The notes: a model not told the origin generated them from the sequence alone. A DNA stretch of 64,000 nucleotides from Candidatus Magasanikiibacteriota bacterium (GCA_016193335.1 JACPSK010000001.1:343424-407423); one strand, 5' to 3'. Positions 47,644 through 57,985 are shown, numbered from the stretch's first letter. Numbers and translations are program-made.

Positions 47644-49062
47644 CTACAAAGCCCGTCTTTTTTTAAATAGAATAAAAGGAGTTTTGAGAAAAATAATCAT
47701 GTCCAAAAATAAACTCCAACGCTCCATATACAAAATATCCAACTTCATCTCCTCTTCAAATGAAAGATCACTGCGCCCTGAAATCTGGGAAAGTCCGGTA
47801 ATCCCGGGCTTAATGGAAAAAATCGACTTATGATGTTTTTCATAAGCCTCCACTTCCCTCGGCTGGTGAGGTCTGGGGCCCACCAGACTCATCTCCCCTT
47901 TTAAAACATTATAAAACTGGGGCAATTCGTCCAAGCTCCAACGCCTTATGAAGGCTCCCACTTTTGTCACGCGGGGATCATCACCTATTTTGTAAATGGG
48001 TCCTTCTTTTGTGCCTTGTTTCCGTATCAATTCTTGTTCTCGCTCTTCGGCTTTTTTGCCCGAACTGCCAAATTGAGCGCCCGTGCATTCATCTTGGTAC
48101 ATGGAACGAAATTTGAAAGTAAAAAAATGCTTCCCTCTAAGACCCACGCGTTCATTTTTGTAAATAACCGGAGAACCTGTTTCTGCGTACACGGCCAAAA
48201 GCACCAAAATCATAAGAGGCCCAAGCGCAATAAGCGCTACAAGGCTCAACAAGGTATCAAAAACTGTTTTGATAACAGAACCCCAGCCGTCCAGACGCAC
48301 CCGTTTGAGTTCCACTATGGGGATACCGCCCACCGGATGGACCGACATGTTGCTGGTATAGGTGGAAAATAAATCAGCTGAATACTTAAATGTTATATGG
48401 CGCTCATTGCAATAATCCAAAGCTTGGATGGCCTCCTCTTCATGCGCACGGGGATTGGCAAACAAAAATTCATCTATCTCCATGCCGTCGAGTTTTTTTA
48501 CCAGAATTGAATCATAGCAAGGAAAAATGCCGAGCACGCGATATCCGAATTCAGGCCTCTCGCGAAACGTGGACGCGATCGTTTCGGCGAAACGCTGATC
48601 GCCCACGATTACGATAGTACGAAGTCCAATAGACAAACGGTACAAAATACCTTTCAGACCTCGCATCAAAAGACGACCCAAGACAACATACACAAGCGCG
48701 AAAAACCAGGCCGCGGCCACCAAAAACCGTGAATCAAAAAGTTGCTGACTAAACATCAAATACATGGCAAGAAAAGCAAGGCCTGTGGAGCAGGCGACAA
48801 AAATTCTGTTCAGGATATTGGAAAACCTCCGATTCGGGTTTGGAGAATACAAACCAACCATAGCGAATATAAGAAGCCAGACAGTCGCCATCCAAAAAAC
48901 AATACCCATGAATTCGGAAAGATCCAACTCAAACATAACCGGACGCAAAGCCAAAGCCCAATCGCTAAAACGGGCATAATAGGCCGAGAGACCCGCCAAA
49001 AGCAACATAAACAAGTCTACGGGGACCTGCAAAACCATGAGTAAAATCTCTGTTTTTTTCAT
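47644..49062 (-). CDS. Priming polyprenyl glycosylphosphotransferase (WcaJ/WbaP-like)
   Basis: N-terminal TMs; FKFRSM, DPRVT..G..IRRWSLDELPQ, MSLVGPRP, KPGITG. Confidence 0.93.
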   Translation of the reverse strand: MKKTEILLMVLQVPVDLFMLLLAGLSAYYARFSDWALALRPVMFELDLSEFMGIVFWMATVWLLIFAMVGLYSPNPNRRFSNILNRIFVACSTGLAFLAMYLMFSQQLFDSRFLVAAAWFFALVYVVLGRLLMRGLKGILYRLSIGLRTIVIVGDQRFAETIASTFRERPEFGYRVLGIFPCYDSILVKKLDGMEIDEFLFANPRAHEEEAIQALDYCNERHITFKYSADLFSTYTSNMSVHPVGGIPIVELKRVRLDGWGSVIKTVFDTLLSLVALIALGPLMILVLLAVYAETGSPVIYKNERVGLRGKHFFTFKFRSMYQDECTGAQFGSSGKKAEEREQELIRKQGTKEGPIYKIGDDPRVTKVGAFIRRWSLDELPQFYNVLKGEMSLVGPRPHQPREVEAYEKHHKSIFSIKPGITGLSQISGRSDLSFEEEMKLDILYMERWSLFLDMIIFLKTPFILFKKRRAL

Positions 49063-49269
49063 AGCTTTTGATTCATTGATTTTGTTGATTACATAATACT
49101 CAAATACACCCCCAGGGTCAATGGAAGCAAGACCCTGGATTTTGCTCCGTTTGCCATAAAAGAGACTGCAGCGCCGAACCGTTCTCATTGTTATAAATCA
49201 TGCCAATTTAGTCTCAAAAATTAAAATCGTAAATTAAAAATCAAAAATTTTGTTCAGTCCCTAACAATC

Positions 49270-49298
49270 TTGACCAAGCATCCGATTTGTGTTATATT
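49270..49298 (+). promoter_or_regulatory. rnpB promoter
   Basis: TTGACC-17-(TG)TATATT. Confidence 0.75.
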
Positions 49299-49306
49299 TG
49301 GACCGT

Positions 49307-49715
49307 CTTACTCACGGAAGACAGTCGATCCGGCACATGCCGGATAGGAAAGTCCGAACTCCTTATGCGAAAGCATGGACAATAGATAGTGGGTAACGCC
49401 CACCCCCGGCTCGGCGACGAGTTAGGGCGGGAAAGTGCCACAGAGACGATACTATCCCGATCTAATCGGGAAAAAGGTGAAACGTGTGAGGGTGTGTTGA
49501 TAGGCCGGAGCATATGCGCCATATCAACGCTACTTCACTTCCCGGCTTAGCCGGGATGGCAAACCCTATCTGGAGAAAGAGCAGCCCTTCCCGATTAAAT
49601 CGGGATTGGAAAAGTTAGCTCGTTTGAGCCTAGCAGCAATGCCAGGCCTAGAGAAATGACTGTCGCTCCTGATGAAAATCAGGATGTCACAGAATTCGGC
49701 TTACCTGTGGGTAAG
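49307..49715 (+). ncRNA. rnpB: RNase P RNA
   Basis: P1 cttactcacgg/ctgtgggtaag; GGAAAGTCCG; GGAAAGTGCCACAG; GGCAAACCC; ACAGAATTCGGCTTA. Confidence 0.95.
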
Positions 49716-49756
49716 ATAATAAAAACTCGGCTTTTGATAAGCCGAGTTTTTATTAT
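49716..49756. terminator. Bidirectional terminator after rnpB
   Basis: ataataaaaactcggctt..aagccgagtttttattat. Confidence 0.85.
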
Positions 49757-49774
49757 TTTCTGAAATTTTTTATC

Positions 49775-50941
49775 TTAAGTCTGCAAGGCATTCTTTAACT
49801 TTGAAATTTGTTCAATAAGCAAAGTGTTTGCCGCCAAAATGATAATAAAAATAAGAATAAGGGAATTACTGCCCAAAAAAATTCCACCCATAATAGCCAC
49901 TATAGCCGCTCCCAGAGTTGTGACGATATTATCCATGGCTACTCCCACAACAGCATCGCCAATACGACCCTTCGGATGAACTGAAAAATTGTGTACCACG
50001 AGCATTTCGCCAAAACAACCGATAAGCCCGGCCAAGATGCCGGTAAGCACAAAAGGAATATGCGTAATATGCGAAAAAACCTCCATTGCTTTGACCATAC
50101 TTTCCGCGGCAAACAGAATAGCTATACCGGAAAAAACAAGATCAAGCCAAATCCGTGTTCCCTTTTGGCCGGCATAGTATCGTTCCTCTTCCGCAATCTC
50201 TTCAATGGGTGATTCGGGACGATGACTCTTGCGGAAATAATAGAGTACAGCGGCGCAAAGGATAAATAACATGATACCTAAGGGGAGAGTGAGTCTATAC
50301 AAATCACCTGCTATTTTTTCGTCCGCTCCCTTGACCTGGCCGAACAAAACCATACTGACGGCGACAAAAGCGGTGAGGAGAGTTAAGGCCGTTAAAATCC
50401 GAATTGCGGAATCCATTTCTATGAGAGATGGCTTTACCGTATGTTTTTCAAAAGGCGTCAGACTTCCGCCGATTTTGAATGGCGGGAACATAAGCACTGT
50501 TTTGCGCTCTGTGTTTGCCAGGTTCTGTCGGTACATGCACCAGACGGCGTGTACAATATTATAGATATTAGAGCCAAAAGTAGTGGAGGCCGCGATTATA
50601 GAGAGATTGATAGCGCGCACATAATCTATATCTCTTACCTGCAAGGCGGTAAACGCGGCCACCACGCCAATCACCATATCCGGGAAAGCGGTTCCAAAGG
50701 ATTGGAGAAAGCCGCCGGCCAACTTTGTCCTGTCTTTCAGAACATCGGTGGTTTCCTCGATCACTTTCGCCGTTCCCCGAAAAACATAGCCAATCCCAAT
50801 ACCAAAAATTAATATAATGAGCAAGGCCTGGAGCCAGACAAGTTCAGTATTTTCCAAAATTCGATCCACAATTACAAATCGCAGACCAAGAGCCAAAAAC
50901 ACGTACACGACAATTTTAAGAAATTGATTTTTTGTCCGCAT
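49775..50941 (-). CDS. Polytopic membrane protein, Ca/cation antiporter (CaCA)-like
   Basis: About 10 TMs; GTAFPD and GSNIYN resemble the alpha-repeat. Confidence 0.6.
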   Translation of the reverse strand: MRTKNQFLKIVVYVFLALGLRFVIVDRILENTELVWLQALLIILIFGIGIGYVFRGTAKVIEETTDVLKDRTKLAGGFLQSFGTAFPDMVIGVVAAFTALQVRDIDYVRAINLSIIAASTTFGSNIYNIVHAVWCMYRQNLANTERKTVLMFPPFKIGGSLTPFEKHTVKPSLIEMDSAIRILTALTLLTAFVAVSMVLFGQVKGADEKIAGDLYRLTLPLGIMLFILCAAVLYYFRKSHRPESPIEEIAEEERYYAGQKGTRIWLDLVFSGIAILFAAESMVKAMEVFSHITHIPFVLTGILAGLIGCFGEMLVVHNFSVHPKGRIGDAVVGVAMDNIVTTLGAAIVAIMGGIFLGSNSLILIFIIILAANTLLIEQISKLKNALQT

Positions 50942-51047
50942 AGGATCGGCTATTTTATTCTGGAAAAGTTTTGTTCTAATGCTGTAATTATACACTTTTT
51001 CACTTTAAGCAAACTATCTTACTCATTCTCTTTATTAAATTAATTAC

Positions 51048-51506
51048 TTAATGGCTTGTTTTCAGAGAATCAACCTTTTCCAAGGACATAGACAATTTCT
51101 GGGCCAGATAAGAAGAAAACGGCAACAAAAAGGTCATCTGCACGATTGGCGCGAGACCAACCCGCAGATACGAGATAATCGGCATTTCGCTGCCGTAGCT
51201 CCACCTTCCAGTAATGATTGCATGCTGTTCTACGAGAATAGCAACCAAAAAACCAAGAATCGCAAGTGCGATAAAATCGGTCCAATTAAATCGTGCAAAT
51301 TCTGTCCGCTTAACCAAAATTATAAAAAATAACGCTCCAATGCTAATTACCACATCACCCAGCGCGCCCCTTAAACACATTATAAAATGATCAGGAAAAG
51401 AAACGAATCCGGTATATAGAGGTGCCTGAATATTTTCCCAAAAAATATGGAGTACAAAGGAAATTACCGCGAAAAGAAAAAGATAATGAAGATTAAGACT
51501 TTTCAT
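51048..51506 (-). CDS. Hypothetical membrane protein
   Basis: Four TMs; WENIQAPLY, RWSY..MP..VGLAP. Confidence 0.7.
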   Translation of the reverse strand: MKSLNLHYLFLFAVISFVLHIFWENIQAPLYTGFVSFPDHFIMCLRGALGDVVISIGALFFIILVKRTEFARFNWTDFIALAILGFLVAILVEQHAIITGRWSYGSEMPIISYLRVGLAPIVQMTFLLPFSSYLAQKLSMSLEKVDSLKTSH

Positions 51507-51509
51507 AAC

Positions 51510-51719
51510 CTACACGCCGAGTAAAAAATCCAACACAAAAGCCAACACAATACAGACCATCCCAACGTAGCCAAAAAACTGTTCCCAACGCATCGCTACA
51601 AATGTATGTCGGTCAATTTTTTCTTCACGCAAAACCCGATGGTGAACTTTGAGTGCGGCAACCGCGATTAACAAGGTTCCCAGAGTCTGCAGAAAACTGA
51701 CTGCCAAATGTATGTTCAT
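51510..51719 (-). CDS. Small two-TM protein
   Basis: Hydrophobic 69-aa ORF abutting the downstream gene. Confidence 0.65.
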   Translation of the reverse strand: MNIHLAVSFLQTLGTLLIAVAALKVHHRVLREEKIDRHTFVAMRWEQFFGYVGMVCIVLAFVLDFLLGV

Positions 51720-51786
51720 GGATTTAGATAATTGTCCCCGATACTCAAGTATGGTACTATTTTAGCATACATTAGCAAAACTTCCT

Positions 51787-52437
51787 ATGCTCCAAAACAT
51801 AATATTCCTGGTTGACGTAGACAATACACTCCTCAATAATGACCTCGTAAAACAACAGATTAAAAAATCCCTCGCGGGTGTGCTCGGCGCGGCCGAAGCC
51901 GCTCATTTCTGGCAGCACCATGATGAATTCAGATCATACCAAAAATTGGTCGACTTCCCGGCCATAACGCGTCAGTACTGTTCTGAACAGCATTCGGACA
52001 GATGCGAGATACTGGTGGGTGACATATTCACGGAGATCAGGTTCGCCGATGCCCTCTACCCGAAAGCACTCCACGTGCTACAGCATCTTAAAACACTTGG
52101 CACAGTTCTCATTTTTTCCGAGGGAGACATGGTGTATCAAAAATTGAAAATTGAACAAAGCGGCATTGCCGGGACTGCCGACGGTGTATTGCTCTTTACT
52201 CACAAACTTGACCATTTGCCGGAAATAATCAAGCAATACCAATCTAGCCATTTGGTTTTTATCGACGACCGCGATGACAAACTTATGGAAATTAAAAAAC
52301 AGGCGCCTGAAGCCATAACTATCGTCGTGTGCCAGGGACATTATGCCAAACCGGGTTGTCTCATGGAGCACTCCGCTGACCGGGTGCTTGGTTCGGTGGC
52401 AGATCTACTGAAGCTTACCGCGGAACAACTGCTCTAA
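51787..52437 (+). CDS. HAD-superfamily hydrolase
   Basis: DVDNTL motif I; FIDD motif IV. Confidence 0.85.
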   Translation: MLQNIIFLVDVDNTLLNNDLVKQQIKKSLAGVLGAAEAAHFWQHHDEFRSYQKLVDFPAITRQYCSEQHSDRCEILVGDIFTEIRFADALYPKALHVLQHLKTLGTVLIFSEGDMVYQKLKIEQSGIAGTADGVLLFTHKLDHLPEIIKQYQSSHLVFIDDRDDKLMEIKKQAPEAITIVVCQGHYAKPGCLMEHSADRVLGSVADLLKLTAEQLL

Positions 52438-52498
52438 ATCAGCGAGACTGCCGACGCCATTTATTTCGTCGGCCGATACCAATACTGTGGCCGTTCCT

Positions 52499-54889
52499 TT
52501 ACTTTTTTTTCCTCGGCTTCTTGGCGACATCATGGCCGCCAAATTGATTACGAAGCGCGGACACTACCTGGCCCGTGTAATTCGGCCGTTTTTTTGATCG
52601 ATTACGGAATAAAAGCGCCTCATGAATGACTTTGTCGGCAACGCCCATTTCGTGAGCTGTTTTGACGGTCCAGGCGCCTTCACCAAGCCCGTCAACGGAT
52701 CCAAAAATTGGTTTGAGATTTTCGCCATACATTTCAAAAGCATTTTTAAGCCACCCGATAAGGCGAGACTCTATGACGCTACCCTTGTTGTAAATATCAC
52801 TCACGCGGGTGAGATCAAGTTTAAAATGAGCTTTTTTAAGAATGGTAAATCCCTCCGCGATGGCTTGCATCATTCCGTACTCAATACCATTATGAACCAT
52901 CTTTACAAAATGACCGGCTCCATGACCAGCGAAAAATTGATACCCGCCGGGCAAGGCAAAATCGCGGAATAGTTGTTCTACAAGTTCAAAATCTTTTTGA
53001 ACTCCGCCGATCATAAGACAGGCACCACGGCGGGCGCCTCCGGGGCCACCGGATGTTCCCGCGTCTAAAAATTTGATCCCATATTTTTTTAACTTTGCTG
53101 CGCGTCGGGTAGTGTCCTTGTAATAAGAATTACCACCGTCAATTACCATGTCACCCTTTTTGAGATACTTGGTAAGACCATTTTTACCAAATAAAACTTC
53201 ATCCACCGGCTTTCCGGCCGGGATCATAAGCCACACAATCTTTTTTGGTGACAATTTTTTGATTGCTTCCCCAATACTATATGCCGGCACGAGACCTTCC
53301 TTTGCCAATACTTCGGTGGCATCCGGAGTATGGTTGTATCCAACTACTTTCCAATTTTGATCCATCATTCGCCGCGCCATATTTCCACCCATTTTTCCCA
53401 AACCGATAATAACCATTTCCTTGCATAACCCATTAGTTGGTGCCTTAGTTCCAATTCGATTGGCATCCACAATCATTTTGTTTGTTCCCGGCGCGTAATT
53501 AACAAGTGGAACTATATTTTTTCTCCACGCGTTTTCTACGGGGTCGGTAAACTTCCACTCCGCCATTATTTCTCGTTCGGAAACAAAACTGTCCAGGTCG
53601 CCCATTAAACAATTAAAGATAAGTTCGGCATATTCTTCGACGTATTGAGTTTTTTGCGCGTGCTCGTAAAGAAAAAAATTAAAAACACGTTCTTCAAGTT
53701 TTTTTTCAAAACCCGGAGTCTTGGTCCAGAAGTGAATGGAGATGCGATCTTCCGGCGCCAAACTAAATACCACTTGATTATGTATGTGACGGTCTGGAGC
53801 ACACGCCACGCAGAGGCTTGGATGCTTCATCGTAACCACAATTTCTTTTTTGGACTCAGGGCAACGTTTGCCCGCCTCAAGAGTGACGGGAATACCCTGC
53901 CAAGCTGGATGAGTAAGTTCGGTTTTCAACTTAAAATAGGTTTCAGTCCCGGATTTTGGCGACACCCCCGCGATACTTTTAAAACCGTCGTATTGAGCGC
54001 GGAAGGTATTGTGTTTGATATCTTGGCTTGTCCACAATGCAAGTGATTCCAAAATTTCCGCCCGGCGCGCACGGTGTGTTTCGGCGTTCATATCGCGCGG
54101 TATGTCCATGGTGAGAGTCGCAAGCATTTGCAGTAAATGATTTTGCCCGACATCTTTAAATGCCCCTACGGCATCGTAAAAAGCGCCCCGATCTTCAGCA
54201 CCGATGGTTTCGAGCAGCCGCACGTCGATGCGTTCGATTGAACTTTTATCCCAGGAGCGCTCAAATAAGTTGTTTGAAAAACGAAAATGTAAAATAGCTT
54301 GTACGATCTCTTTGGCTAAATAATGGTCGATTAAGTATAATTGTTTTTCTTTAAAGTATTTTTTTAAAAGAGTAAATAATTTTTTTGCACTTTTTTCATC
54401 AGCCCCAAAAGGCTTCTCAACCAAAAGGCGTGTCCAGCCCAACTCGCCGCCGCAGGGAATATTTAATCCCACCTTAGCCATGTTTTGAAAAATAATTTCA
54501 AAATGTTCCGGTGGTACTGCCAGATAGAATAATTTATTGGTGCACACACCCCACTCATTATCAATATTTTCTAATTCATTTTTAAGATTAGCAAAAGATG
54601 TGGCGTCAGAAAATTCTCCGGTTGTGTAGCTGAATCGTTCTATGATTTCATTAACCATTTTTTTATCGGCCTCGAGTATCCGCTCTTGAATGTCAGCGCG
54701 CATTTGCTTTCGGAATTGATCGTTCGACATTTCTCTTCTCGCCATACCCACCACGCGAAAACGTGTAGGGAGTCGTTTGTTAATATAAAGATGATAGACC
54801 GAAGGCGCGATTTTTTTCTTTACCAAATCTCCGGTTGCGCCAAGCACGACCAGAATAGTGGGGATTTCAATGGTAAGCGGTGCTTTCAT
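52499..54889 (-). CDS. zwf-gnd: Fused glucose-6-phosphate dehydrogenase and 6-phosphogluconate dehydrogenase
   Basis: GATGDL, EKPFG, IDHYLAK, DVGQNHLLQ; then IGLGKMG, DGGNS, SGG, VKMVHNGIEYG, ALRNQFGGH. Confidence 0.92.
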   Translation of the reverse strand: MKAPLTIEIPTILVVLGATGDLVKKKIAPSVYHLYINKRLPTRFRVVGMARREMSNDQFRKQMRADIQERILEADKKMVNEIIERFSYTTGEFSDATSFANLKNELENIDNEWGVCTNKLFYLAVPPEHFEIIFQNMAKVGLNIPCGGELGWTRLLVEKPFGADEKSAKKLFTLLKKYFKEKQLYLIDHYLAKEIVQAILHFRFSNNLFERSWDKSSIERIDVRLLETIGAEDRGAFYDAVGAFKDVGQNHLLQMLATLTMDIPRDMNAETHRARRAEILESLALWTSQDIKHNTFRAQYDGFKSIAGVSPKSGTETYFKLKTELTHPAWQGIPVTLEAGKRCPESKKEIVVTMKHPSLCVACAPDRHIHNQVVFSLAPEDRISIHFWTKTPGFEKKLEERVFNFFLYEHAQKTQYVEEYAELIFNCLMGDLDSFVSEREIMAEWKFTDPVENAWRKNIVPLVNYAPGTNKMIVDANRIGTKAPTNGLCKEMVIIGLGKMGGNMARRMMDQNWKVVGYNHTPDATEVLAKEGLVPAYSIGEAIKKLSPKKIVWLMIPAGKPVDEVLFGKNGLTKYLKKGDMVIDGGNSYYKDTTRRAAKLKKYGIKFLDAGTSGGPGGARRGACLMIGGVQKDFELVEQLFRDFALPGGYQFFAGHGAGHFVKMVHNGIEYGMMQAIAEGFTILKKAHFKLDLTRVSDIYNKGSVIESRLIGWLKNAFEMYGENLKPIFGSVDGLGEGAWTVKTAHEMGVADKVIHEALLFRNRSKKRPNYTGQVVSALRNQFGGHDVAKKPRKKK

Positions 54890-54893
54890 ATGG

Positions 54894-55502
54894 CTACGAA
54901 ATTACGGGCAAACCCGCTAATTCTTCCTTATTAATTTTAATATACAATGGATTTCTTTTCAACGCCGGTTTTCCGTTATGTTCGACCACGTAGTAGGCAA
55001 ACCCGCGCATTTTTTTAACAATTTCGTAATCGGCGTGGCCAGGCATACTAACTGGATTGGCTTCATCGAAATTTACCGGACTGTCGTCGGCCGTGACAAA
55101 ATAAATACTGCCGGTATTAACTGCTAAGTGTCCGTAACCAGGCGACATATAGACGCTGTCGCCGGCTTTGACCGGAATCGCGATAAATTCCTCAATAACA
55201 TCGGGGATGGACTGGCCTTGCTCATCTACCGCCATTTTTTGTTTGAGCACAATCCCCTCGCCAAACAAAACCCAGTAGGTCTCGTCAAGCTGACCGATGT
55301 GATAATGTCCGTACGTTTTGATGTATTCACCACTGATAGTTCCCGGTTCCCACACGGTAATGTTGCGCTGGTCGCTGCCGCCGCGGATCATATAGTAATG
55401 AATGGCCGGGCCGGCGCTATTCGGATCCATAAGAACTTCCCGCATTTTCGCCTGATCACGGGCGGCGTAATGTTTTGGGACGAAAGTGAAATCTATGGAC
55501 AT
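54894..55502 (-). CDS. Cupin-type (archaeal-like) glucose-6-phosphate isomerase
   Basis: EYIKTYGHYH..E.Y, PGYGHLAVN. Confidence 0.82.
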   Translation of the reverse strand: MSIDFTFVPKHYAARDQAKMREVLMDPNSAGPAIHYYMIRGGSDQRNITVWEPGTISGEYIKTYGHYHIGQLDETYWVLFGEGIVLKQKMAVDEQGQSIPDVIEEFIAIPVKAGDSVYMSPGYGHLAVNTGSIYFVTADDSPVNFDEANPVSMPGHADYEIVKKMRGFAYYVVEHNGKPALKRNPLYIKINKEELAGLPVIS

Positions 55503-55511
55503 ATAAAAAAA

Positions 55512-56381
55512 TTATTTGGTTAAGTTATTCCAATCAGCAGAAAATTTAACAATCCCTTTTTGAGTCAAGGGATGGCTGATGTCAAACGTCCACCAAGGAG
55601 CCTCGATGTCATAATTTTCGTATACAATATGTTTGCTACCGAGTACTCCCTCATCAACATCCGGCATGGACGTTGGCACGGGCGAGCCAAGCACGATCCA
55701 ATCTTTGATAATCGAAGTCGGAACAGTAATAATATCGGTTTTGAGATACAATGAATATAATAAATGGTTTACGGTCCGTATGCTTGCGACAAGCAGTTCA
55801 ACGTGTCCATCACCGGACGCATACATTTTTTGAATATTTTTTATTAAATCCATACCGTGTTCGTGCCTGTCGTCAAGCCTGCCGTCAAACGGCGAAATAA
55901 ACACCTGCCCCCTGATTGCTCCGCATGTGGCCGCGTACACGGCCGCCGCCTGTGCTTGCGAAAAGCACAGCGTCATGTTTACGCGTAATCCATCTTTTAC
56001 TAATTTCTCAGCCGCTTCAAGACCGGCGGACGTAATGGGCAGTTTAATATGGGCATTGGGAATCCATTTGAACATTTCTTTTCCTTGAGCAATCATTTCT
56101 TGGGCAGTCGTATGTTCGTCTGCATAGACTTCAATTGAAACCGACCCACGTGGTATCTGTTCGGATATTTTTTCCACGATTCCGCGGTAAAAGGCAAAAA
56201 TTTCTTCACGATTAAATTTTTTACCCACTGTCAAACGTTGCATAGCGTCCGGATTTTTTGCAATCAGCGTCGGATTAGTGGTTTGTCCATCGAGCCATCC
56301 GAGTTCCAAGATTATTTTCTTTGTTTCTTGCGGGTCGCCACTATCGAGAAAAATTTTGGTTGAAAGATTTTTTGGTTTCAT
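55512..56381 (-). CDS. tal: Transaldolase
   Basis: FLDS, TTNPTL, IKLP, NMTL.FS, SPFDGR.DD, ASIR. Confidence 0.9.
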   Translation of the reverse strand: MKPKNLSTKIFLDSGDPQETKKIILELGWLDGQTTNPTLIAKNPDAMQRLTVGKKFNREEIFAFYRGIVEKISEQIPRGSVSIEVYADEHTTAQEMIAQGKEMFKWIPNAHIKLPITSAGLEAAEKLVKDGLRVNMTLCFSQAQAAAVYAATCGAIRGQVFISPFDGRLDDRHEHGMDLIKNIQKMYASGDGHVELLVASIRTVNHLLYSLYLKTDIITVPTSIIKDWIVLGSPVPTSMPDVDEGVLGSKHIVYENYDIEAPWWTFDISHPLTQKGIVKFSADWNNLTK

Positions 56382-56455
56382 ATTTTACATGAAAAAATAA
56401 CATTCGCTGTTGGCGCAGTTTACATGGTCGTGGTGGTTTTTTTACAATTGCTCGT

Positions 56456-56539
56456 CTAGGCTCCAACTTTAGTCGTGCAACCGCAGGTACAGCTGCCGTC
56501 ATTGTTGGTGTGTTCGTGTCCACATTGAGTGCATGTCAT
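56456..56539 (-). CDS. 27-aa Cys/His micropeptide, metallothionein-like (not in ORF track)
   Basis: Hand translation MTCTQCGHEHTNNDGSCTCGCTTKVGA*; in operon orientation. Confidence 0.65.
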   Translation of the reverse strand: MTCTQCGHEHTNNDGSCTCGCTTKVGA

Positions 56540-56664
56540 ATACATTCTATTAAAAAAATTTACCGTTAATTATTTACCCCCCCCCCACTTGTTTTTGCAT
56601 CATGGTGCTCAAGCGCACCGGCATCATGATGAGAGCGATTAAAATGCCCGTGAGCATACCGCTA

Positions 56665-57048
56665 TTACTCCCATATGCGTAACAGTTTACCCGTGTATTC
56701 TACCACCACGTATAACCAGACTACATACGCCACCGCGCCAACTGCGAGAGTGATGGCGACGATATTGATAATTTCACTCCGCCGTCGTTTTGCTTGATCC
56801 AGAGTGCAAATGCCTTTGGTTTTTCTTAAGTATAACACAATACTGGCCACGAGTAATAGAAATCCAAGTATTCGAAACCACCACCGATATTCACCATAAA
56901 ATACCGTGCCAAGCGAAGCCGCGAAAGTGACTGAACTTAAACCAAACAAAACCAAAATAACCGGACTCAGGCAACAGAGCGATGCCGCAACGACCGGTAG
57001 CCAGGTGATTTTAAAAATTTCTTTCGCTCTCATATCTTTTTCATACAA
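56665..57048 (-). CDS. MerT/MerF-like heavy-metal transport protein
   Basis: ASLCC in TM1; three TMs. Confidence 0.7.
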   Translation of the reverse strand: MYEKDMRAKEIFKITWLPVVAASLCCLSPVILVLFGLSSVTFAASLGTVFYGEYRWWFRILGFLLLVASIVLYLRKTKGICTLDQAKRRRSEIINIVAITLAVGAVAYVVWLYVVVEYTGKLLRIWE

Positions 57049-57050
57049 AA

Positions 57051-57803
57051 TTACAAATAATTCAAAAGTTTATCGTAATTAATAAAATTAAACGTCTGAT
57101 AAAAAAAAGACATCCAGGTTCCTAAGTTATTCGTAAGCAATAATATTCCCAAAAAAACTAAAAACACGCCGCCAATGAAAGAAATCGTTTTGAGATATTT
57201 ACTGATTTTGTGAATATACGCGGTGGCTGAACTGAACCCAATGGCCACCAAGAGAAAGGGCACAGCTAGACCAAGAGAAAATACCAAAAGCAGGCCGGCG
57301 CCTTGGAGCACAGTCGTATAGGAAGCAGCCAAGGTGAGCACTGTCCCCAGAATCGGTCCAATACAGGGTGTCCAGCCGAACGCAAAAGCCATGCCAAAAA
57401 TAAGCGAACTAAACGGACGGCCGGGTTTCAAAGCGCTAACGTGAAAGCGTTTCTCGCTATTAAAAAATGGAATCTTGAGGAGGTGCATCATGTAGAGTCC
57501 AAAGATAATGACAAACACTCCACCAATCCGAGCCAGCCAATATCGGTATTCCGCGAGGTATGCTCCGCCAAGTCCAAAGACCGTACCAAGTATCACAAAA
57601 ACCGAACTGAAACCAAGCACGTACAGAAGTCCATTAAAAAATATTTTCCGTCTGACCATTTTGGCTCGGTTTGGATCATTAAGGTCGCCAATCGCGACAC
57701 CGCTGATAAACCCCAAATAACCGGGTACAAGCGGCAAGGTACAGGGCGCGAGAAACGTGAGCACTCCGGCCAGAAATGACGAGAATATAAGAGTAAAATC
57801 CAT
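57051..57803 (-). CDS. ccdA: CcdA/DsbD-type membrane electron transporter
   Basis: APCTLPLVP and WTPCIGPIL motifs. Confidence 0.92.
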   Translation of the reverse strand: MDFTLIFSSFLAGVLTFLAPCTLPLVPGYLGFISGVAIGDLNDPNRAKMVRRKIFFNGLLYVLGFSSVFVILGTVFGLGGAYLAEYRYWLARIGGVFVIIFGLYMMHLLKIPFFNSEKRFHVSALKPGRPFSSLIFGMAFAFGWTPCIGPILGTVLTLAASYTTVLQGAGLLLVFSLGLAVPFLLVAIGFSSATAYIHKISKYLKTISFIGGVFLVFLGILLLTNNLGTWMSFFYQTFNFINYDKLLNYL

Positions 57804-57805
57804 AC

Positions 57806-57973
57806 TTATTTTTGTTCTTCCGGCAAGGCGTGTTTAATAATATCGAGATTGCAACTCTGATGCGCCGCGCACCAGGCCTCACATTGTTCGGCGATCTTTT
57901 GGTCAACATAATTTAAACCACACACTTCACAGGTATACGCGGGTTGCTGATTTTTTTCAATTTTTTTTACCAT
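57806..57973 (-). CDS. 55-aa Cys-rich putative metal-binding protein (not in ORF track)
   Basis: Hand translation MVKKIEKNQQPAYTCEVCGLNYVDQKIAEQCEAWCAAHQSCNLDIIKHALPEEQK*; fills the operon gap. Confidence 0.75.
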   Translation of the reverse strand: MVKKIEKNQQPAYTCEVCGLNYVDQKIAEQCEAWCAAHQSCNLDIIKHALPEEQK

Positions 57974-57985
57974 ATCAAAATAAAA

